Below, piece after piece: positions 8,088 to 16,782 of a DNA stretch of 17,421 nt. The translations under genes and the position numbers were made by a program. The stretch is from Candidatus Moanibacter sp. (GTDB taxonomy: Bacteria; Verrucomicrobiota; Verrucomicrobiia; Opitutales; UBA2987), in assembly GCA_965215885.1 (NCBI GenBank), contig CBDCEW010000055.1:1-17421 (forward strand), in the 5' to 3' direction. Positions within the stretch are counted from its first letter, which is position 1. The number at the start of each line of letters is the position of its first letter. Below the pieces are notes generated by a model. It had not been told where the DNA came from. It worked only from the letters and a program-made list of their open reading frames with translations, and ran no database searches.

Positions 8088-9347
8088 ATGCGCTCGGTAG
8101 CGCTCAGACAAAATTACCAGCAGCTGTTTCAGGAAGCGGCGAAGTCTCGGACGGACTGGATACAGCCGCTCTGCATGCTGATACTGGGGGTGATGGGGGT
8201 CTTTTTCATCCAGTCGGCGCAGGTCTACAGCGGGCAGTCGCAGTGGATGCGGCAGACCGTGTGGGTGATTCTGGGGGCGGGAATCTATACGACGCTGGCG
8301 TTCATCAATTACAAGGTGTTTCTGGAAAAAGCGCACCTCATCTACCTGGTCACTCTCATACTGCTCCTCATGCTGGAGCTCTCCTCGCCACCATTCAACC
8401 TGCCCCTGCTGGGAGTGCAGCGGTTTAATGCCTGGCGCTGGCTCGATTTCGGAGTGACCACCATTCAGCCCTCCGAGGCAGCCAAGATCGGGGTGCTGAT
8501 AATCGTTTCGGGTATCCTGGCGCGCTCCGAGATCGGCACGGTAAGAGAGTCGCTGGCGGTGCTGGGTAAAGTGGGGCTGGCGGTTTTGATACCAATTTTG
8601 TTGATTTTTAAGCAACCTGACCTAGGATCGACTCTCGTTTTTCCACCTATGGCATTTTCGCTCTTATACGTCTCCAAGTTGTCGGAACGCTTTTTTGCGG
8701 CTGTATTCGCCGTATTTCTGCTTCTCGTGGGAATACTGGCTGTGGATATTTATCGCTACAACAGTTTTCTCAAGGAACATAATATTCCGGCATTCGAAAT
8801 CAGGGGACAGTACGAAGAGCGCTCTTGGATTCCCTTAAAGGATTACCAGCGCAACCGAATTTTGACTTTCGTCGCTCCGGAAGCGGTGGACCCCAAAGGG
8901 ATCGGGGTGAGCTGGAATCTCCGCCAATCCCTCATTTCGGTGGGCTCCGGCGGATTAATCGGCAAGGGCTGGCATGAAGGAACCCAAGCAAAACTCGGCT
9001 ATCTCCCCCAATCGGTAGCGCACAACGACTTCATTTTTTCCGTTTTAGCGGAAGAAAAGGGTTTTTTGGGAAGTGTTGTCGTCCTCGGGCTCTACCTGCT
9101 CATGTTAGGAAACAGTATACGGATCGCAGGGGTGGCCCGTGACCGTTTCGGCATGCTGCTTGCGGTTGGGGTCACAGTTATATTTCTCGTGCACATTTTC
9201 ATTAATATCGGCATGACAATCGGGTTGATGCCGATAACCGGCCTGCCACTACCATTTCTGAGTTACGGCGGGTCCTTTATTTTAAGCTGTTGCATCCTGC
9301 AAGGCCTCGTCCAAAGCGTCTATCGCTACAGAAGGGAATTCTCGTGA
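8088..9347 (+). CDS. rodA: FtsW/RodA/SpoVE (SEDS) family peptidoglycan glycosyltransferase, probably RodA
   Basis: Motifs RWLDFG..IQPSE.AK, KQPDLGS, YQRNRI, QSLISVGSGG..GKG, AHNDFIFSVLAEE.G and PITGLPLPFLSYGGS. SD-like AAGGA upstream. Confidence 0.9.
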   Translation: MRSVALRQNYQQLFQEAAKSRTDWIQPLCMLILGVMGVFFIQSAQVYSGQSQWMRQTVWVILGAGIYTTLAFINYKVFLEKAHLIYLVTLILLLMLELSSPPFNLPLLGVQRFNAWRWLDFGVTTIQPSEAAKIGVLIIVSGILARSEIGTVRESLAVLGKVGLAVLIPILLIFKQPDLGSTLVFPPMAFSLLYVSKLSERFFAAVFAVFLLLVGILAVDIYRYNSFLKEHNIPAFEIRGQYEERSWIPLKDYQRNRILTFVAPEAVDPKGIGVSWNLRQSLISVGSGGLIGKGWHEGTQAKLGYLPQSVAHNDFIFSVLAEEKGFLGSVVVLGLYLLMLGNSIRIAGVARDRFGMLLAVGVTVIFLVHIFINIGMTIGLMPITGLPLPFLSYGGSFILSCCILQGLVQSVYRYRREFS

Positions 9348-9437
9348 GAGAGAGCCCACGGAAGAGGAGAGGGAGCGGATTGTTCCTACTGCAGCATCGG
9401 ATAAAGGGCCCTATTAACCCTTCCAAAAGGATGCATT

Positions 9438-11183
9438 ATGAACGCTTCAAACACACCATCAACCACCAGCATTTCCTCCGACGTTGAACAGGAACTCTTA
9501 GCACGTCCTAAAGAACAACCGACAGCCGATGTAAATCCCGAAAAGCTTGCCCATGAGGCGCGTGAACGCTCCAAAAAGGGGCCCATTGTGCGACGCCTGA
9601 TCAAAGCGATCAAGCAGGAGGACAAGCCTTTTCGTGAGATTATCATCAACGCCGAACCGCTGGAACAGCGGGTGGCGGTACTCGTAAACGGCATTCTGGA
9701 GAAGTTCGATATCGAGCGGGCCGGCGAAGAGCGCATGGTCGGCAGCATTTTCAAGGGCAGGATCCAGAACCTTGAACCGGGCCTGAAGGCGGCCTTTGTC
9801 GATATCGGCATGCCGAAAAATGCGTTTCTCCACTATTGGGACATTCTACCGGCGGCCAACGATTCCTCGATCGAATTTGTACGGGACACGCGCTCACCGG
9901 AACAGCGGAGCAGGAGGGAAAAGATCAGCTTGAGAGACATTCCCAAACATTACCCGGTCGGCCGGGAGCTCGTAATCCAGGTAACGAAGGCGCAGATCGG
10001 CAATAAAGGCCCGCGAACGACAACCAATATCGCACTTCCCGGGCGCTATCTCGTACTCATGCCATACTCCGGTCAATGTGGGATTTCACGCAAGATCGAA
10101 AGCGGCAAAGAACGCCAAAGGCTCAAAAGGAGCCTCCGAAGTCTCACCATTCCCGAAGGGATGGGAGTAATTATCCGCACCGCCGGCGAAGGTAAAAAGC
10201 TCCGCTATTTCGTGCGTGACCTGCATATTCTACTCCACCAATGGGAGGACATTCAGGTGAGGATGGAAGAGAAAGGCGAACTGCGATGCCTCTACGAAGA
10301 GCCCGACATCATTGAACGCACGGTGCGGGATTTTCTCACTGAGGAAATCGATCGAGTGCTTGTTGACAGTGAGGAAGACCTCGAGCGCATGAACGAACTG
10401 GTCGGCAGCATTTCACCTCGCTCGAAGAATAAAATCAGCCGCTTTTCCGAGAGCATACCGATCTTCGAGCGCTTCAATATTGAAAATCAGATCGAACAGA
10501 CTTTTCAGCGCACAGTGCCGCTACCCTCCGGCGGCGAAATCATTATCGAGGAGACCGAGGCCCTCGTCGCAATTGATGTCAACACCGGCGCGCACAAACA
10601 GAAAGAGGGTGAAAGTAAAGACTATATCGTTCACGTAAACCTGGAAGCGGCCCAGGAGATAGCACGCCAGATCCGTCTGCGCAATATCGGCGGGCTCATC
10701 ATCATGGATTTTATCGACATGAAGAATCGTCGCGACCGCAACGCCGTCCTGCGAAAGATGCGCGATGAGATGGCGAAGGACAAGGCGAAGAACCATATTC
10801 TACCGATCTCCCAACTCGGAATCATGCAAATGACCCGGCAACGCCACCAGGAGAGTGTCTCTTCCGGAATCTACGCTAATTGCCCCTATTGCAGCGGCCG
10901 GGGAATCGTTAAATCCTCACGCACCATGAGCGTGGAAATCCAGCGACGGATCGTCAGCGTGGTGCGGAGACTGCGTTCAAGGCAGGAGGTCTCGGAGAAG
11001 CCCATCACTCTGCGAATTCTCTGCAACCCAAACGCTCTCGAGCGGCTGCGAATGGAGGACGAAAAGCTCCTCATCGAAATCGAGGACCTCTACAATCTGC
11101 GTCTCGCCTTCCGGGCAGATCCCATCTACCATGTGGAGAATTTCCGAATCCTCGACGCCGAGACCGGGCAGGAGTTAATGTAG
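9438..11183 (+). CDS. Rne/Rng family ribonuclease (RNase G/E catalytic domain)
   Basis: S1 domain ([21 protein letters not shown]), [51 protein letters not shown] and Zn-link CPYCSGRG. There is no long C-terminal scaffold. Confidence 0.95.
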   Translation: MNASNTPSTTSISSDVEQELLARPKEQPTADVNPEKLAHEARERSKKGPIVRRLIKAIKQEDKPFREIIINAEPLEQRVAVLVNGILEKFDIERAGEERMVGSIFKGRIQNLEPGLKAAFVDIGMPKNAFLHYWDILPAANDSSIEFVRDTRSPEQRSRREKISLRDIPKHYPVGRELVIQVTKAQIGNKGPRTTTNIALPGRYLVLMPYSGQCGISRKIESGKERQRLKRSLRSLTIPEGMGVIIRTAGEGKKLRYFVRDLHILLHQWEDIQVRMEEKGELRCLYEEPDIIERTVRDFLTEEIDRVLVDSEEDLERMNELVGSISPRSKNKISRFSESIPIFERFNIENQIEQTFQRTVPLPSGGEIIIEETEALVAIDVNTGAHKQKEGESKDYIVHVNLEAAQEIARQIRLRNIGGLIIMDFIDMKNRRDRNAVLRKMRDEMAKDKAKNHILPISQLGIMQMTRQRHQESVSSGIYANCPYCSGRGIVKSSRTMSVEIQRRIVSVVRRLRSRQEVSEKPITLRILCNPNALERLRMEDEKLLIEIEDLYNLRLAFRADPIYHVENFRILDAETGQELM

Positions 11184-11262
11184 GAAGAGGATTGAATCCC
11201 GGCGTCCCGGGAGAAACGGAGCGCCATCGTAGTTTCACACTGACAACGCCCACCAATGTCGC

Positions 11263-11299
11263 CTCCGTGGTCCTCTGTGCTTCTCTGTGCAGCTCTGTG
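11263..11299. repeat. Phased array, 4 x CTC(C/T)GTG with a 10-bp period
   Basis: CTCCGTG 11263, CTCTGTG 11273, 11283 and 11293, with variable 3-nt linkers. Confidence 0.8.
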
Positions 11300-11355
11300 A
11301 CCCGTCTTCTCTCCTACGTTTCTACGAACCCGCAGTCCTCTTCTCCCTGCCAGAA

Positions 11356-12537
11356 ATGAACGTCCTCATCGCCTTTGATAAATTCAAGGACTCGCTCACC
11401 GCGGAGGAGGCCTGTAACACAGCGGCCCGCGCTATCGGAGACCAGCACCCGTCGTGGCGGATCGAGAGTGCGCCCCTGACCGACGGAGGCGACGGCTTTT
11501 GCCGCATTCTAACCGAAGCGGCGAATGGCGAACTGATCGAGAAGGCGATCACCGGTCCGCGTTTCGCCCGAGCCGACGCTCTCATGGGCCTGGTCGATTC
11601 GGACTCTCTTGAACCATCTCTCTGCCGTTGGCTTGAAATCCCGGAAAAAGGCCGGACAGCGATAATCGAGATGGCCCAGGCGAGCGGTTTAGCGATGCTG
11701 AAAGAAGAAGAACGCGATCTCTGGAAAGCTTCTTCCGTAGGCACTGGAGAACTGATCGCCTGCGCACACCGTAGAAACGCCGATTCAATTTTACTTGGAG
11801 TCGGGGGGAGCGCCACCAACGATCTCGGCCTGGGAGCGCTTCAGGCACTGGGACTGCGCTTCTTCGCGGAAGACGGCGAAGAGATCGAGCGGCTTACACC
11901 TCACCATTGGCCTCGTGTGAGCGAAATGTCAGGGGCCATTCTCAAGGACCTGCCACCCATACGCATCGCCTGCGATGTGGAGAATCCGTTGCTGGGAGAG
12001 AACGGCGCCGCCGCCGTCTACGGTCCACAAAAGGGCCTCAAGACGGAAGACTGGGAACGCATCGACCAACTCGGCGCTCGCCTCGCGCGAAATCTCTGTA
12101 ACCATTTCGACGCCGATTTTTCCGCCCTGGAAGAAAAAGGGAGTGGCGCCGCCGGAGGAATCTCCTTCGGCTTGCGCGTTGCATGCGGCGCCAGAATAGT
12201 TTCCGGGTTCGAACTGGTCGCACGCTGGCTGAACCTCGAGGAAAAAATCCGCTCGGCTGATCTGATCCTCACCGGGGAAGGCAAGCTCGACCGCGCTTCC
12301 TTTCAAGGCAAAGGACCCGGCACGATCATCAAAATGGCCATGCGAAGCAAGAAACGCGCCTGGGTGTTCTCCGGTCTCGTAGATAATGAGCTGCTAAAGA
12401 GACCTCCCTCCCACCTGCGGCCGGACGACATCACCGCCATCTGTCCTCCGGATTATCCCCTCGATCGATCCCTGGCCGAAGCAAAACCTCTATTAGAACA
12501 AGCCATCCGGACAAAACTCCTCTCTTCGGGTGACTGA
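11356..12537 (+). CDS. glxK: Glycerate kinase (GlxK/GarK family), 393 aa
   Basis: Motifs MNVLIAFDKFKDSLTA, PLTDGGDG, IEMAQASGL, GVGGSATNDLG.G, DVENPLLG..GAA.VYGPQKG, GSGAAGG and ILTGEGKLD. The family N-terminus places the start at ATG 11356, not 11287. Confidence 0.93.
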   Translation: MNVLIAFDKFKDSLTAEEACNTAARAIGDQHPSWRIESAPLTDGGDGFCRILTEAANGELIEKAITGPRFARADALMGLVDSDSLEPSLCRWLEIPEKGRTAIIEMAQASGLAMLKEEERDLWKASSVGTGELIACAHRRNADSILLGVGGSATNDLGLGALQALGLRFFAEDGEEIERLTPHHWPRVSEMSGAILKDLPPIRIACDVENPLLGENGAAAVYGPQKGLKTEDWERIDQLGARLARNLCNHFDADFSALEEKGSGAAGGISFGLRVACGARIVSGFELVARWLNLEEKIRSADLILTGEGKLDRASFQGKGPGTIIKMAMRSKKRAWVFSGLVDNELLKRPPSHLRPDDITAICPPDYPLDRSLAEAKPLLEQAIRTKLLSSGD

Positions 12538-12547
12538 TATGAGACTT

Positions 12548-12565
12548 CTCTGCCCTACGGCAGAG
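12548..12565. terminator. Small hairpin just downstream of the glycerate kinase stop (possible 3' stabiliser or weak terminator)
   Basis: CTCTGCC-CTAC-GGCAGAG, 7-bp perfect stem. No U-tract. Confidence 0.3.
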
Positions 12566-12588
12566 CCGGTATTCGGGCGAGGCGAGGA

Positions 12589-12655
12589 ACGAAAAGCTTC
12601 CGCTTTCCGCTACGTTCCGAACCCGAGCGCGTAGCGGAAAGCGGGAGCTTTTCGT
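12589..12655. repeat. REP doublet (REPIN-like): two inverted GTAG-type REPs
   Basis: 26-bp arms at 12589-12614 and 12630-12655 are inverted copies (25/26) with a 15-nt spacer. Each arm reads GTAG-CGGAAAGC-GG(G/A)A-GCTTTTCG. Confidence 0.85.
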
Positions 12656-12859
12656 CTTCCAGGTTGCCGATATTCTTGCACTCCTTTGATCCGGCAAGGG
12701 TCAGCGCGCCGTGGGCTGCACTGACTTGAAATCCCCTCCGCCCGGACAGGAGCGGCTTATCCATCGAAGGACTCTTGATAAATCTCCTCGAAACTGACTG
12801 TTCGTTATTCGTCGAAATACGAACAAACGCCACTGCAAATAGATTCTGACTTAGAAACA

Positions 12860-13177
12860 ACCCATCCCTGACCCCTCCGCGGGAGGGGCCATGGGTGGGT
12901 CTGCCCTCTTCGAGAGAGCGACCGATACCTCGACAAAGTTCACGATCCCGCTCAGCGGGACTCGCGACAAAGACTCCCTGACGTGAAAAAATGCTCTCTC
13001 CGGGTTAGGCTTCATCGTAAGCCTCCTCGAGAGTGAACCTGAAACGGCGACTAAGTTGACGACGAAGCTAACGACAAAGGTTCGGTTAAGTCCCCATACC
13101 TCCCCCCCTTTGCGTCTTTGCGCCTTTGCGTGAGAATTCTTTCCCTTCCTCTCCGTTTTCCTCAGTTACCTTCTGTT
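12860..13177. repeat. Cluster of short palindromes and phased repeats between convergent genes
   Basis: Hairpin CCCCTCC-GCG-GGAGGGG (12872-12888); palindrome TCCCGCTCAGCGGGA (12946-12960); CGACNAAG x3 at period 12 (13048-13079); CTTTGCG x3 at period 8 (13108-13130); YTCNGTT x3 at period 10 (13151-13177). Confidence 0.7.
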
Positions 13178-13920
13178 CAGATCTCCTCTCTCCACTTAAA
13201 GAGCATCTTCTCAAGCACCCTCACGAGGAAAAAGGCGAAGATTGCAAGCAGGCTGGCGATGACGGTCACTGCATAGAGTCGATCGGTGCGAAACTCAGTG
13301 GTGGATTGGACAATGAGATAACCGAGCCCATTCTGGGCAAAGAGCCATTCCGCCACAATAGCGCCGATGATACTTCCCGTAAAAGCGATCTCGTGAGCCG
13401 CGATGTAGTAGGGCAACGCTGCCGGCCAGCAGGCTTTCCTGAAGATCTGCCAGTTCGAGGCATTGAGCGCCTTCATCCGGTCCAGCAGTACCGTATCGAC
13501 CGATTTCAGGCCCTTCGAAACGTTGGCAAGAATCGGGAAAAAGGTAATAAGAATTACGATGATAACTTTGGGCCCCAACGTATCGCCCATCGTGACGATC
13601 AGGATGCTGGCGATGGTCGGGAAAGGAATATTCTTCACCACCACCATCCACGGCGTGGCAAAAGACTCAAACCACCGGACATAAAGAAACGAGACCGCTA
13701 ACCCGATCGCCAGGACGTTGGCAAAGGCGTACCCGATGACCGCTTCTTTCAAGGTCGTCCAGGTGTGGTGGAGCAGTTCCATACGCTCCTCGAAAAGGAC
13801 GCGCCCTACCAGATCCAAGGGAGGGAACAAAACCGGTTTCGGATCAAATAACCAAATCGCACCATACCAGAGGATCGGTATCGAGATAAGCATGAGGAGG
13901 TATGCGCGTCTCTCCGTCAT
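13177..13920 (-). CDS. ABC transporter permease, NitT/TauT (SsuC/TauC-like) family, 247 aa
   Basis: Motifs LFPP, FFPILAN...GLKSVD, EAA-loop equivalent (LLDRMKALNASNWQIF), PAALP and GAIVAEW...GLGYLI. ATG 13920 lies 2 nt after the ATPase stop; the longer ORF-track start overlaps the ATPase. Confidence 0.92.
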   Translation of the reverse strand: MTERRAYLLMLISIPILWYGAIWLFDPKPVLFPPLDLVGRVLFEERMELLHHTWTTLKEAVIGYAFANVLAIGLAVSFLYVRWFESFATPWMVVVKNIPFPTIASILIVTMGDTLGPKVIIVILITFFPILANVSKGLKSVDTVLLDRMKALNASNWQIFRKACWPAALPYYIAAHEIAFTGSIIGAIVAEWLFAQNGLGYLIVQSTTEFRTDRLYAVTVIASLLAIFAFFLVRVLEKMLFKWREEI

Positions 13921-13922
13921 GT

Positions 13923-14666
13923 TTAGTCCATTACTCGATAGAGGGAATCGCGTACCCGTGCCGTTTCCGACAGATAGATCTCGTCCGTTTTGGAGCCCGG
14001 GTCCGAAAACTCCGCGATATCGAGGATCTCTTCGATCCGACCCGGACGCGGCGACAGGACAATCACGCGATCGGACAGCGTGACAGCCTCGTCCACGCTG
14101 TGGGTCACCAGAATCACGGTTTTTCTGGCTTTCTCTAATATTCCGCTCAGCCACGCTCCCATCGTCTCGCGAGTCAATTCATCGAGTGATCCAAAAGGCT
14201 CATCGAGAAGCAGAATCTCCGGATTATGAACGAGCGCGCAGGCGATATTCACGCGCTGCTGCATACCTCCTGACAACTGGTGGGGATACCGATCGACAAA
14301 ATCCTCCAATCCAAACTCCTTGAGGAGGGCCTCCGGAGACATGGCGTCTTCATCACCCGTGATCTCCAGAGTCAAGCGCACGTTTTTCAAAGCCGTGCGA
14401 GAGGGGACCAGGGCCGGTCTTTGAAATGCGAGTCCAATCTTGTGTTGCCGGCAGGATTCCTGGGGAGACGATCCATTAATGGAAACCAACCCCGCGGTTG
14501 GTTCTTCAAGTCCCGCTACGATCCGCAGGAGAGTCGTCTTCCCGCACCCGGAAGGTCCGATGAGCGAGACGAACTCGCCTTCTTCGACTTCGATGTCGAC
14601 CTTCTCAAGTGCGACTACATCTTTTCCAAATGTCTTCTCAATCGCTCTGAGTTCAATCGCCGCCAT
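13923..14666 (-). CDS. ABC transporter ATP-binding protein, NitT/TauT family, 247 aa
   Basis: Walker A GPSGCGKTT, signature YPHQLSGGMQQR, Walker B LLLDEPF, H-loop VTHSVDEA and SPRPGRI. Start placed at MAAIELRAI. Confidence 0.94.
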   Translation of the reverse strand: MAAIELRAIEKTFGKDVVALEKVDIEVEEGEFVSLIGPSGCGKTTLLRIVAGLEEPTAGLVSINGSSPQESCRQHKIGLAFQRPALVPSRTALKNVRLTLEITGDEDAMSPEALLKEFGLEDFVDRYPHQLSGGMQQRVNIACALVHNPEILLLDEPFGSLDELTRETMGAWLSGILEKARKTVILVTHSVDEAVTLSDRVIVLSPRPGRIEEILDIAEFSDPGSKTDEIYLSETARVRDSLYRVMD

Positions 14667-14914
14667 ACAGAATATCTCATCAATGGATATGCGCGAAATG
14701 AATAAGGAAAGCAAGAAAGCAGGAAATTGCATTGTAGTCTGGAAATCTCACTACCGAGCGAAGTGACATCTTCCTTTTTCTGGACGGCGGCGAAATCGCC
14801 TCTGCCCGTCAGGGTTTCTTTGTCGCAAGGACCTTCGGGTAGGCGCCGACTCTTCACTTGATCATTCAGGCTTGGGCCTTTGATACTGGATATTCTCCAT
14901 CCGTTGTTTTCTCA

Positions 14915-15057
14915 ATCCGTCCGTGGTGAGCTCGTCGAATCCATTGGGATTCTCTCCTAATTCATTCCGCGATTTTCTCGAATCCGTGGTCAATTCTTCT
15001 TCATTCGCGTTCATTTGCGTCCATTCGCGGTTCTCTTCTTCTTCCCGCTCAGCGGGA
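14915..15057. repeat. Second cluster of short repeat motifs in the SBP-ATPase spacer
   Basis: CATT(C/T)GCG x3 at period 10 (15002-15029); second exact copy of TCCCGCTCAGCGGGA (15043-15057); REP-like ATCCGTCCGTGGTGAGCTCGTCGAATCCA (14915-14943). Confidence 0.65.
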
Positions 15058-15135
15058 TTGCGGCTTCTCTGCGGTAGGTCAGCCGTGGTCGCACACTCAT
15101 CCTTCAGTTAATCCAATGATCCAACATTCCAGTCC

Positions 15136-16281
15136 TCACATACATCCCGGTATCTGCACTTTGCCGTATTTGAGCAGCACCGCCGATAGCTCGTTGACGC
15201 GATCTTCCCGCAAATGCAGGAGAGGGACTCCGTCATCATCTGTGATGAATTCATACTGCAGCTCGAACCGGCGTAAGATCTGACTTAAACTCAATTTGGA
15301 GTCTGTCGCAAAACGAGCGGTAATCTCCGCTCCCTCCTCCGGATTGGCCAGCATAAAGCGGACGGCGCGATCGAGCGCATAGGCGTAACCCCTCACGATA
15401 CCGGGCCGCTCCTCCGCCGTCTCTTTCCGAACGACCGATATATCGGTATACTCGTCCAATCCATAGTCGACAAAGGAAAAGGCGACCCAGTTATAGAAGC
15501 CGTTGTCTTCCAGCATCCTGGGCTGATTGACGAGCCAGGCCGCGAAAAAATCCATCCGTCCGAGCATCAAAAGCTCCGGGGTATTGCCCGCCTTCATGAG
15601 CGTGATGCTGCCCGGCGGTAGGTCGAACATATCCATGGCGTATTCGTAAAAGATCTCAGTGCCCCCCTGCACCCCAACCGATTTACCGATGAGATCCTGC
15701 GGCGTGAGCTTCTTCGTGGACCGCTGGCTTTTCGGAATCGAATCGTCCAGCATTATCCAGGCATGCGGGCTGTGCTTCAGCAGCGTGGCAATCACGAGGA
15801 AATCGCCTCCCCCCGTGGGCGTGGACATCAGCTGAACAATGCTGATGATATTGGGAGTCATGACTATATCGACGACCCCGGAAGCGAGCGTGAGCAGATT
15901 ATTGATCCCAGGGCTCGCGGGAAGGAACTCCACCTCCAGACCCGCTTCGCGAAAGTATCCTCTATCCTTAGCGATATAGAGCGCTGCCGCCTCATCATTG
16001 TGGATCCACGGCAAACCGATCATCACTTTCTCCAAAGACTCATTGGCCGGCAAATCGACCGGCTCGCCAGGTTTCGGAAGAAATTCGTTAGTAATAAAAT
16101 TGCTCGCAGGGAAGTTCTCTTCGATGCAGGCTTGGATCTCCTCGAGCGTGCGCTCGTCTGCGTCCTCCCTCGCCCTCCCTTGCCCCGGAGTGTCTCGCTC
16201 ACCGCCACCACATCCTGTCACAAGCAACTTCACCGTGAGCAATAACGACAGGAAAACGATCTGTAATGCTGACAACTTCAT
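15136..16281 (-). CDS. ABC transporter substrate-binding lipoprotein, SsuA/THI5 (NMT1) family, 381 aa
   Basis: Signal peptide with lipobox LVTG-C from ATG 16281. Motifs L.W......A.LYIA.DRGYFREAGLEVEF, TPQDLIGKSVG and ERPGIVR...AL.RA..F...NPEE.A.I. Confidence 0.9.
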   Translation of the reverse strand: MKLSALQIVFLSLLLTVKLLVTGCGGGERDTPGQGRAREDADERTLEEIQACIEENFPASNFITNEFLPKPGEPVDLPANESLEKVMIGLPWIHNDEAAALYIAKDRGYFREAGLEVEFLPASPGINNLLTLASGVVDIVMTPNIISIVQLMSTPTGGGDFLVIATLLKHSPHAWIMLDDSIPKSQRSTKKLTPQDLIGKSVGVQGGTEIFYEYAMDMFDLPPGSITLMKAGNTPELLMLGRMDFFAAWLVNQPRMLEDNGFYNWVAFSFVDYGLDEYTDISVVRKETAEERPGIVRGYAYALDRAVRFMLANPEEGAEITARFATDSKLSLSQILRRFELQYEFITDDDGVPLLHLREDRVNELSAVLLKYGKVQIPGCM

Positions 16282-16782
16282 ATGGGCTAGATTGAGATTC
16301 ACGTAAAACCTGATTCGAATAAAGAACGAAAGGGTCAAGCTTGAATGGCACAAATTGAAGGAATCGTTACGCTGATCACCGATGTTCCCGATTCGGCCGG
16401 ATGAGAACGTGGGGATTTTCAGCAGACTCCACTCCAATTGTTGATCTCTCGACAATCCGGCTCTTATACGATTCGAGAATCCTGGTTAAGCCCTATGTGC
16501 GGGAATGGCTAAGCGATGCCGTGCGTAATTTCGTGGAGGAACAAGAGATTCCAATCCGCTATACTCGGGAAGGGCGGGGAGATGGAAATGAGGAATATCC
16601 ACCACTGGCGCTTCGACAGCAATACTTTGAATATCTCCAATGACTCGGAAAAGGATATTTGCTATTGCGCAATGGCTGAGCTACCGTCCCGATCCAATGT
16701 TGGCCTCATCGGTTGCCTACAGGAGCAATTTGAAACGGCCTGTGTTTCAGGGAACTCTTTCTAAAACTCCAATCCTCTCGCC

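Noticed and set aside
12555..12860. 101-aa and 88-aa minus-strand ORFs downstream of glycerate kinase
   Set aside because: They run through the REP doublet, have weak starts and lack protein motifs; likely spurious.
13126..14705. Numerous long antisense ORFs over the ABC genes (and similarly over the transposases, rodA, rne and glycerate kinase)
   Set aside because: Shadow ORFs expected opposite GC-rich coding sequence, with no independent motifs.
11263..15057. Repeat arrays as a CRISPR locus
   Set aside because: Units are 7-8 bp with 1-4 nt linkers. There are no 25-40 bp repeats with unique spacers and no cas genes.
16282..16455. 58-aa N-terminal extension of the SBP given by the ORF track
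   Set aside because: The signal peptide and lipobox begin at the Met at 16281; the extension would bury them.
16282..16500. TPP riboswitch upstream of the THI5-like transporter
   Set aside because: I found no GCTGAGA...CCTGA...TAAT...GCG.AGG core on the minus strand by eye, here or in 14667-15135. An Infernal/Rfam scan would be decisive.
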